Below, in pieces: positions 1 through 4,884 of a stretch of 5,079 bases of DNA. A model generated the notes under the pieces. That model worked only from the letters and a program-made list of their open reading frames with translations, did no database searches and was not told the origin of the DNA. The translations under genes were made by a program, and so were the position numbers. Origin of the DNA: a virus. Taxonomy: Duplodnaviria > Heunggongvirae > Uroviricota > Caudoviricetes. The stretch's first letter is position 1, and each line of letters opens with the position of its first letter. The stretch is taken from the IMG/VR virus record IMGVR_UViG_2671180986_000013, one strand, 5' to 3'.

Positions 1-12
1 AGTGTAGCGGTA

Positions 13-2511
13 TTAAGCGCAGCTATTTAGTGAATTAAGTAAATTAGTCAGTGACCTTGTAAAGTCTGTTAAACCTTCCTGTGAACCATCGAACATTAAG
101 GCCAGATTATTATTCCATGAATTACTTAAGCGGCCTAACTGCGTCTGAGTAGAGTTAATAATCTTTTCCCATCCACCAGCTTTATCAATCATCCTTCCCA
201 TTTCAGCGGATACTTTAGGAAGAACATCTTTAGAAAGAACCTTACCGTCTTTCATGGCCTTGTCTAATTCTTCCGTAGTCATCCCAAGACTTCTGGCAAA
301 TAACTGAAAAGCACCTGCCATTCTGTCACCTAATTGACCGCGTAGCTCTTCAGCCTGAATCTTTCCTTTAGATGCCATCTGCTCGAAAGCTTTTAAAATC
401 CCGTTAATTTCATCGGTGCTTAGCCCCATTAATCTGGATGTACCAATCACATTAGAAAATAAGGATTCTTTCTGGTCTGCATTCATATCACCAGCACCAG
501 CGGAAAACTTAGCAAAACTGCTTAATGTTTCAATCTGGTCTACACCACTACTATCAGCAAGATTCTTAACAAATTCTGTAGCTCGTTTAGCACCTTCATC
601 ACCTAAAACGAATTGTGCCGCTCGTTGTGATGCTTCTTTTTTCAGACCAACCTCCATAATCCGCCTGTAAGCTTCTAAGGCTGTCTGAAAACTATAAATG
701 GCTGTACCTGCTTTGATTGCACTCGTAGCTAATACATCCAGACTATTTGAAGCATTTTCACTGTGATTATTTTTGCTGGTGGTCTTGTTAAACTTAGAAA
801 GTGTTTCACGAAGAGACTGATTTAACTTTGCTAACTCACGATTAAAAGTTTCGTTTCCAAGTGTCTTGGATTTACTGCTTAAGCTGTAATACTGGCTTTT
901 AAAATACTTCTCAAGCATAGGATTAAAGTCACGAAGCTTGCTCATATTCGCTGAGTAAGCTGCTGTGATTGCTCTGCTTCCGCTAATTCGTGGCTGTCTT
1001 GGTTGTCTAAGTGGCTTTAAAGTATCCTCAATTTCAGTTTTAATCTTAAACGCTCTAGTGTTTTTAAGACGCTGCTCAATCTTGGAAACAGTTTTATCGA
1101 CATTTCTTTCCATTAGTTTGAGAGAATCATTTAAAGGCGTAGGATTAACTCTAAACGACTTATTCAATCGCTTCTCAATTCGTGATGCTACCTGCATCGT
1201 TTGTTTCTCGGCTTTTTCCAAGCCTTTTAAAACTTTCTGAGAGTTAAAACTTNNNNNNNNNNNNNNNNNNNNNNNNNNNNNNNNNNNNNNNNNNNNNNNN
1301 NNNNNNNNNNNNNNNNNNNNNNNNNNNNNNNNNNNNNNNNNNNNNNNNNNNNNNNNNNNNNNNNNNNNNNNNNNNNNNNNNNNNNNNNNNNNNNNNNNNN
1401 NNNNNNNNNNNNNNNNNNNNNNNNNNNNNNNNNNNNNNNNNNNNNNNNNNNNNNNNNNNNNNNNNNNNNNNNNNNNNNNNNNNNNNNNNNNNNNNNNNNN
1501 NNNNNNNNNNNNNNNNNNNNNNNNNNNNNNNNNNNNNNNNNNNNNNNNNNNNNNNNNNNNNNNNNNNNNNNNNNNNNNNNNNNNNNNNNNNNNNNNNNNN
1601 NNNNNNNNNNNNNNNNNNNNNNNNNNNNNNNNNNNNNNNNNNNNNNNNNNNNNNNNNNNNNNNNNNNNNNNNNNNNNNNNNNNNNNNNNNNNNNNNNNNN
1701 NNNNNNNNNNNNNNNNNNNNNNNNNNNNNNNNNNNNNNNNNNNNNNNNNNNNNNNNNNNNNNNNNNNNNNNNNNNNNNNNNNNNNNNNNNNNNNNNNNNN
1801 NNNNNNNNNNNNNNNNNNNNNNNNNNNNNNNNNNNNNNNNNNNNNNNNNNNNNNNNNNNNNNNNNNNNNNNNNNNNNNNNNNNNNNNNNNNNNNNNNNNN
1901 NNNNNNNNNNNNNGTTCTTTTTTAAGCTTTTGCTTTAACTTATCCAGTTTACCGGAATAATGCTTAGTCAAATTAGCTTCAGCTAACTGAAGAATCTCTT
2001 CATCTGTTTTATCAGTCATCAGAATAAATTGACCAGAACCCCTTAATGCTTGTCTGACATCAATTAACCGGAACCCTTCAGGGATACTTTGAAGAACTTT
2101 AGGAACGTCTTCAATCGCTGTACCAAAACCATCATTAAAGTTTCCTTCATAATAGATAAACGGGTTTGACTTAATCTCGTAAGCAATATCATATTCTGAA
2201 GGTTTCGAGGTTTCTTCGAAGTTCTTAACAGCATCGTAAGCGACATCAAGTCTAAGACGCTGTGATTTTAAAGCTGGGTAATATTCACGCTCAAGCTCAA
2301 ATAGTGCTTCAGTTTTGCAGATATCAGGCATTTCTTGAGGCTCAGGAGACACAAAGGAAATTACCTTTGGTGACATCTTTAGCTCTTGCTCAAGCTCAAT
2401 GCGCTTGTCATGCTCTTGACGCTGAATAGTATGTAGCGGATGTTCACCCTGTGGTGACCAGTCTCCGAAGCTATCAACCTTTTTACCGTTAATATATAAA
2501 TCGTTTGTCAT
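13..2511 (-). CDS. putative phage tail tape-measure-domain protein (832 codons as represented; interior masked by N)
   Basis: Longest ORF in the window. ATG at 2511..2509 is preceded by GAGGA (plus 2519..2523) with a 7-nt spacer; stop TAA at 15..13. The C-terminal region (about residues 690-790: ...GILKAFEQMASKGKIQAEELRGQLGDRMAGAFQLFARSLGMTTEELDKAMKDGKVLSKDVL...) matches, from memory, the conserved tape-measure domain pattern of phage TMPs; upstream of it are K/E/Q-rich coiled-coil-like stretches. At both edges of the N run only this frame is open, and the two edges are in the same phase for a 661-nt gap, so a single ORF is plausible but a gene boundary inside the gap cannot be excluded. Confidence 0.55.
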   Translation of the reverse strand: MTNDLYINGKKVDSFGDWSPQGEHPLHTIQRQEHDKRIELEQELKMSPKVISFVSPEPQEMPDICKTEALFELEREYYPALKSQRLRLDVAYDAVKNFEETSKPSEYDIAYEIKSNPFIYYEGNFNDGFGTAIEDVPKVLQSIPEGFRLIDVRQALRGSGQFILMTDKTDEEILQLAEANLTKHYSGKLDKLKQKLKKEXXXXXXXXXXXXXXXXXXXXXXXXXXXXXXXXXXXXXXXXXXXXXXXXXXXXXXXXXXXXXXXXXXXXXXXXXXXXXXXXXXXXXXXXXXXXXXXXXXXXXXXXXXXXXXXXXXXXXXXXXXXXXXXXXXXXXXXXXXXXXXXXXXXXXXXXXXXXXXXXXXXXXXXXXXXXXXXXXXXXXXXXXXXXXXXXXXXXXXXXXXXXXXXXXXXXXXXXXXXXXSFNSQKVLKGLEKAEKQTMQVASRIEKRLNKSFRVNPTPLNDSLKLMERNVDKTVSKIEQRLKNTRAFKIKTEIEDTLKPLRQPRQPRISGSRAITAAYSANMSKLRDFNPMLEKYFKSQYYSLSSKSKTLGNETFNRELAKLNQSLRETLSKFNKTTSKNNHSENASNSLDVLATSAIKAGTAIYSFQTALEAYRRIMEVGLKKEASQRAAQFVLGDEGAKRATEFVKNLADSSGVDQIETLSSFAKFSAGAGDMNADQKESLFSNVIGTSRLMGLSTDEINGILKAFEQMASKGKIQAEELRGQLGDRMAGAFQLFARSLGMTTEELDKAMKDGKVLSKDVLPKVSAEMGRMIDKAGGWEKIINSTQTQLGRLSNSWNNNLALMFDGSQEGLTDFTRSLTNLLNSLNSCA
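1253..1913. other. run of 661 N (masked or unresolved sequence) inside the large ORF
   Basis: Directly visible. Length is not a multiple of 3, but codon phase is preserved across it in the only open frame, which suggests exact-length masking rather than an arbitrary assembly gap. Confidence 0.99.
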
Positions 2512-2535
2512 TATAATTTCCTCTAAGTGTGGTTA

Positions 2536-2550
2536 TTTCTTAATAGAGCA
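2536..2550. repeat. inverted copy of the 15-mer TGCTCTATTAAGAAA that heads each A repeat
   Basis: Plus 2536..2550 tttcttaatagagca is the exact reverse complement of plus 2599..2613 and 3201..3215 (tgctctattaagaaa). It lies 25-39 nt upstream of the large ORF start codon, on its coding strand. Confidence 0.8.
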
Positions 2551-2598
2551 CCTTCAACGCCAATACACTTAGAAGATGACTTAACGATTTATTAAAGA

Positions 2599-2719
2599 TG
2601 CTCTATTAAGAAAAGCCCTAAACATAATCTGTGAAGGGCTTTGGAGGTTTGCTTATAACGTTAACGAAGTTTCAGGAAAACTTTCTTTAAAAGCTCTGTT
2701 TAAAAACTCTTAAAGAAAG
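2599..2719. repeat. direct repeat A, copy 1 (121 bp, identical to 3201..3321)
   Basis: Base-by-base comparison of 2599..2719 with 3201..3321 gives 121/121 identity; the copies diverge immediately after (t at 2720, c at 3322). Confidence 0.95.
2605..2642 (-). terminator. candidate rho-independent terminator (minus-strand sense) inside A copy 1
   Basis: Stem aaagccct (2612..2619) pairs with agggcttt (2635..2642) around a 15-nt loop; on the minus strand the GC core GCCCU/AGGGC is followed by UUUUCUU. Short stem, so moderate support. Confidence 0.4.
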
Positions 2720-2749
2720 TTTTCCTGAAACTTCGTTAACGTTATAAGC
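2651..2749. repeat. perfect 40-bp inverted repeat (palindrome) with 19-nt spacer
   Basis: 2651..2690 gcttataacgttaacgaagtttcaggaaaactttctttaa is the exact reverse complement of 2710..2749; loop 2691..2709. The left arm and loop belong to repeat A; the right arm is unique to this copy and is followed directly by 11 N. Confidence 0.9.
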
Positions 2750-2760
2750 NNNNNNNNNNN
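2750..2760. other. run of 11 N abutting the palindrome
   Basis: Directly visible; a single ambiguous base also occurs at 3200 immediately before A copy 2. Confidence 0.99.
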
Positions 2761-2762
2761 GC

Positions 2763-2936
2763 TTAAAAAAAGAACAAATGGTAGTGTCCGCTATTGCCAG
2801 TACACCTCAATGGACCTTTATTTACTTCGTGTGATTCCCGCCAAGCTCTATCAAAAGATTCACGCAAAGTTAATTCGTGAATATCAAGTGCACTTGGTCT
2901 GTGTTCGATAAGCATTTCATGTTCATTTCTAATCAT
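2763..2936 (-). CDS. hypothetical small protein (57 aa)
   Basis: Minus-strand ORF MIRNEHEMLIEHRPSALDIHELTLRESFDRAWRESHEVNKGPLRCTGNSGHYHLFFF, hand-translated (below the ORF-track size cut-off). ATG at 2936..2934 is preceded by AAGGGGTGA with a 5-nt spacer; stop TAA at 2765..2763. A TATAAAT motif sits about 32 nt upstream on the minus strand (plus 2968..2974). No recognisable domain. Confidence 0.35.
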   Translation of the reverse strand: MIRNEHEMLIEHRPSALDIHELTLRESFDRAWRESHEVNKGPLRCTGNSGHYHLFFF

Positions 2937-3040
2937 TCGTTCACCCCTTAGTTTATTTGTTATTTCAATTTATAGAAGCACACTCAGCAATCAGAGGTGA
3001 AGAGTCTGACTGAACAAGAACCTGCCAAGTGTGCTTTTAA

Positions 3041-3075
3041 AAACTGAAAAAGCCCTAAACATTTCTGTGAAGGGC
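3041..3075 (-). terminator. candidate rho-independent terminator (minus-strand sense)
   Basis: Stem gccct (3052..3056) pairs with agggc (3071..3075) around a 14-nt loop aaacatttctgtga; the minus-strand RNA continues UUUUUCAGUUUUU (plus 3041..3051). The loop is nearly identical to the hairpin loop inside repeat A. Confidence 0.5.
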
Positions 3076-3077
3076 AA

Positions 3078-3199
3078 AGGATTCAATAATGAATGAACAA
3101 GAGTACTTTTTGAGATAGCCTCTCAGACTAACCTGAAAGGCCATGACGAAAAGCATTGCACCTTTCCAACTCAGAATATCCATCCATCGGATTATTGAA
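3078..3199. repeat. repeat B, copy 1 (about 122 bp)
   Basis: Aligns with 3351..3471 with one short indel (gagtac vs agac) and three substitutions (t/c at 3129 vs 3400; cat vs tag at 3141..3143 vs 3412..3414). Ends are a 9-bp inverted pair, ttcaataat (3082..3090) and attattgaa (3191..3199). Confidence 0.9.
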
Positions 3200-3200
3200 N

Positions 3201-3321
3201 TGCTCTATTAAGAAAAGCCCTAAACATAATCTGTGAAGGGCTTTGGAGGTTTGCTTATAACGTTAACGAAGTTTCAGGAAAACTTTCTTTAAAAGCTCTG
3301 TTTAAAAACTCTTAAAGAAAG
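3201..3321. repeat. direct repeat A, copy 2 (121 bp, identical to 2599..2719)
   Basis: 121/121 identity with copy 1; contains the same left palindrome arm and loop but only the first 10 nt of the right arm (3312..3321). Confidence 0.95.
3207..3244 (-). terminator. candidate rho-independent terminator (minus-strand sense) inside A copy 2
   Basis: Same hairpin as in A copy 1 (stem 3214..3221 / 3237..3244, 15-nt loop), followed on the minus strand by UUUUCUU. Confidence 0.4.
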
Positions 3322-3341
3322 CCCTAACTCATGATTAGGGC
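3312..3341 (-). terminator. candidate rho-independent terminator (minus-strand sense)
   Basis: Stem gccctaa (3321..3327) pairs with ttagggc (3335..3341) around a 7-nt loop ctcatga; the minus-strand RNA continues UUUCUUUAAG (plus 3312..3320). Confidence 0.5.
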
Positions 3342-3350
3342 AAAGCTGTA

Positions 3351-3471
3351 AAGGATTCAATAATGAATGAACAAAGACTTTTTGAGATAGCCTCTCAGAC
3401 CAACCTGAAAGGCTAGGACGAAAAGCATTGCACCTTTCCAACTCAGAATATCCATCCATCGGATTATTGAA
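3351..3471. repeat. repeat B, copy 2 (about 121 bp)
   Basis: See B copy 1; about 95% identical, with the same 9-bp terminal inverted pair (3355..3363 and 3462..3470). Confidence 0.9.
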
Positions 3472-3497
3472 AGAAAAAATAAGAGAGAATTGCTCTC
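3471..3497 (-). terminator. small hairpin plus U-tract in the first ~30 nt of the predicted transcript (possible attenuator)
   Basis: Minus-strand sequence GGGGAGAGCAAUUCUCUCUUAUUUUUUCUUUC: stem GAGAG/CUCUC (plus 3483..3497) with a 5-nt loop, followed by UUAUUUUUU. The stem is only 5 bp, so support is weak. Confidence 0.3.
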
Positions 3498-3510
3498 CCC
3501 CATATATACA

Positions 3511-3539
3511 ATTATGTCATGCTCAAGGTTGTTTGTCAA
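3511..3539 (-). promoter_or_regulatory. near-consensus sigma70-type promoter (TTGACA, 17-nt spacer, extended -10 TGaCATAAT)
   Basis: Minus strand reads TTGACA (plus 3534..3539), a 17-nt spacer AACAACCTTGAGCATGA, then CATAAT (plus 3511..3516) with TG two bases upstream of the -10; an AT-rich stretch lies upstream of the -35. Predicted start near plus 3503, transcribing toward lower coordinates into the repeats. Confidence 0.55.
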
Positions 3540-3563
3540 CAGCTTTTAACAGATTGGTAACAT

Positions 3564-3629
3564 TTATACTTTAATAGATGCACCTGCAATCATACCAATC
3601 AATACAAAACAGATAATCACCAATTCCAT
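3564..3629 (-). CDS. 21-aa hydrophobic peptide (predicted single transmembrane helix)
   Basis: Hand-translated minus-strand ORF MELVIICFVLIGMIAGASIKV with stop TAA at 3566..3564. Its ATG (3629..3627) shares one base with the TAA stop of the upstream gene (TAATG) and is preceded by AGGTGG with a 7-nt spacer. Too short for the ORF track; coding status is not proven. Confidence 0.4.
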   Translation of the reverse strand: MELVIICFVLIGMIAGASIKV

Positions 3630-3952
3630 TAATGCACCACCTTCGAATCCGTCACCAGAATATTATCGCTATACAAAATTGCTATAGCCGCCTTGAGATA
3701 TTTTTCAGGGCTAACGCTGTATTTGTTCGTTTCTTCGATAATAAGACGCTTCATGTTTGAGTCGGTAACAGGAAACATAAAACGCGGTTCACCAGTTTCA
3801 ATTTCCTGAATAAAGTCTTCAATTTCTTCTGAGTTTTCAGCCATTAGCTTTAGTAATTTATCAAGGTCAATTGATACACCGGAATCAGCGAAAGCCTGCA
3901 CCATCATAGCAGTGTCGCTATCAATGAAAATCTGTAATTCATATTCGTTCAT
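3629..3952 (-). CDS. hypothetical acidic protein (107 aa)
   Basis: ORF-track entry 3629..3985 trimmed to ATG at 3952..3950, which has AAGGAG 9 nt upstream; the track start is a TTG inside a GAGGAGG motif. Product MNEYELQIFIDSDTAMMVQAFADSGVSIDLDKLLKLMAENSEEIEDFIQEIETGEPRF... has roughly 21 acidic versus 10 basic residues. No recognisable domain. Confidence 0.65.
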   Translation of the reverse strand: MNEYELQIFIDSDTAMMVQAFADSGVSIDLDKLLKLMAENSEEIEDFIQEIETGEPRFMFPVTDSNMKRLIIEETNKYSVSPEKYLKAAIAILYSDNILVTDSKVVH

Positions 3953-4130
3953 TTTTAAAATCTCCTTTTTACCAGACCTCCTCAATCGCTCTGTAACGAG
4001 CTAAACAGTCTTTTTCAGGGGTAGCCTGTACAGTGGTATTACCCACCCTAAAATAAGATAGTTTTTTGCGTTAGAATGCGATTGAGAGCGTCTGATAAGC
4101 TGTTTTTCTAATTTCTCTTAAAGTCTCGGA

Positions 4131-4331
4131 CTACCAATAACCTAATTCCGCTTTATTTCGTTCAAACCATTCCGCTGTAACTGCTGTCTTTAGTGTTGCG
4201 TTTGGGCTGGTGGCATGAATGAAGATATCTTTTGGATTGCAAGCATCACCGAAACCACCTTCTTTGATGAGCAGGTCTGATACATGCTTAATCATTTTAT
4301 CTGTCAAATATTCGAATTTAATACATAACAT
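4131..4331 (-). CDS. hypothetical protein (66 aa)
   Basis: ORF-track entry 4131..4364 trimmed to ATG at 4331..4329 (MLCIKFEYLTDKMIKHVSDLLIKEGGFGDACNPKDIFIHATSPNATLKTAVTAEWFERNKAELGYW). GGAG lies 5 nt upstream and the ATG overlaps the HNH gene stop (TAATG). Stop TAG at 4133..4131. Confidence 0.55.
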   Translation of the reverse strand: MLCIKFEYLTDKMIKHVSDLLIKEGGFGDACNPKDIFIHATSPNATLKTAVTAEWFERNKAELGYW

Positions 4332-4603
4332 TAAATCTCCAGGAGTAAATTGTTTGGGTGGCAATTTCTTTTATTACCATCCCTGAAGATAATCTTTTTA
4401 GTTGCCTGAACTTCATGATGCAAAAACCAGATGACATACTTCAGATAATAATCACGAGTGCCATAACGAATCATTGGATTACCGTAAGCATCATCTCTTG
4501 TCTTAACCTCTCCACCATCAATCCATTCAAGCATTCCTGTCTCATAATTAATCATGAAGTAAGTTGCAAAGAACCGTTTAATATCATCTCGCCATTGCTT
4601 CAT
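4331..4603 (-). CDS. small HNH-family endonuclease (HNH_3-like), 90 aa
   Basis: ATG at 4603..4601 preceded by AGGAGG with a 7-nt spacer. The C-terminal half YLKYVIWFLHHEVQATKKIIFRDGNKRNCHPNNL resembles the HNH_3 signature (..vHrlva..f.....vnH.DGNK.NN...NL), but Arg replaces the usual first His before DGNK and the protein ends straight after NL. Confidence 0.55.
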   Translation of the reverse strand: MKQWRDDIKRFFATYFMINYETGMLEWIDGGEVKTRDDAYGNPMIRYGTRDYYLKYVIWFLHHEVQATKKIIFRDGNKRNCHPNNLLLEI

Positions 4604-4605
4604 AA

Positions 4606-4884
4606 TCAGACCTCCTGAGACAGTTTGTGAATTTTGATACTTAGTAACCTTGCTAAATCCAGTCCAAAAGCATTTAAGGATTTCAGACTATCAAGGTCAT
4701 CTTGCTTAATCCTGATATGGTGTCTTGCAGCCTCTAAGCGACTATTAAGCAAATCCTGTTCGTTAATATCACGGTTAATTGCAAGCTTCATCACTGCTGA
4801 GTGTGGCAGACCTGTAATGTTTTTGATTCGGTTCAGTTCATCAAAGGCTGTCTTTGTAACTCTGGTTAATGTGTGTTTATTCAT
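4606..4884 (-). CDS. putative ribbon-helix-helix (CopG/Arc-like) DNA-binding protein, 92 aa
   Basis: ATG at 4884..4882 preceded by GAGGA with a 7-nt spacer. The N-terminus HTLTRVTKTAFDELNRIKNITGLPHSAVMKLAINR fits a strand / helix / loop / helix RHH pattern. Stop TGA at 4608..4606, 2 nt before the HNH start and overlapping its RBS. Confidence 0.4.
   Translation of the reverse strand: MNKHTLTRVTKTAFDELNRIKNITGLPHSAVMKLAINRDINEQDLLNSRLEAARHHIRIKQDDLDSLKSLNAFGLDLARLLSIKIHKLSQEV

Noticed and set aside
416-670. Plus-strand ORF (84 aa) from the six-frame track
   Set aside because: Entirely antisense to the large minus-strand ORF, no ribosome-binding site, low-complexity product; typical shadow ORF.
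965-1240. Plus-strand ORF (91 aa) from the six-frame track
   Set aside because: Antisense to the tape-measure-like gene and runs into the N block; no ribosome-binding site.
2064-2249. Minus-strand ORF (61 aa) in an alternative frame
   Set aside because: Fully nested within the large minus-strand ORF in another frame; no independent signals.
2650-2670. T4 middle-promoter-like MotA box (tTGCTTAta) inside repeat A
   Set aside because: No appropriately spaced -10 element, and it is on the plus strand where there is no downstream gene.
2976-3036. 9-bp inverted repeat aagcacact / agtgtgctt separated by 43 nt
   Set aside because: A short inverted repeat with a long spacer in AT-rich intergenic DNA is plausibly chance; no supporting U-tract or recurrence.
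2599-3471. CRISPR array
   Set aside because: The repeats are about 120 bp, of two different families, irregularly spaced and partly palindromic; this does not fit the short regular repeat-spacer architecture of CRISPR.
2599-3471. tRNA or rRNA genes in the repeat region
   Set aside because: No cloverleaf-compatible arrangement or conserved tRNA motifs could be recognised by eye; this was not tested computationally.
3357-3539. Minus-strand ORF (60 aa) spanning the promoter and repeat B2
   Set aside because: Its start is the TTG of the TTGACA -35 box, it has no Shine-Dalgarno, and the equivalent frame is broken by the indel in B1; B is more plausibly non-coding.
3563-3570. T4-type late promoter motif (TATAAATG on the minus strand)
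   Set aside because: It only partly matches TATAAATA, overlaps the stop codon of the 21-aa ORF and sits next to the far better sigma70-type promoter; such a motif is expected by chance in AT-rich DNA.
3953-3985. N-terminal extension of the 107-aa gene (track start at TTG 3985)
   Set aside because: The TTG lies inside a GAGGAGG motif; the downstream ATG at 3952 has a properly spaced AAGGAG, so the shorter form is preferred.
4332-4364. N-terminal extension of the 66-aa gene (track start at TTG 4364), and the idea that HNH plus the 66-aa ORF are one frameshifted gene
   Set aside because: The ATG at 4331 has its own GGAG and overlaps the HNH stop as TAATG; the sequence after the HNH NL motif in the other frame does not resemble the usual HNH_3 continuation. 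Two coupled genes is the more economical reading, though a pseudogenised longer endonuclease is not excluded.
4358-4618. Plus-strand ORF (86 aa)
   Set aside because: Antisense to the HNH gene; no ribosome-binding site.
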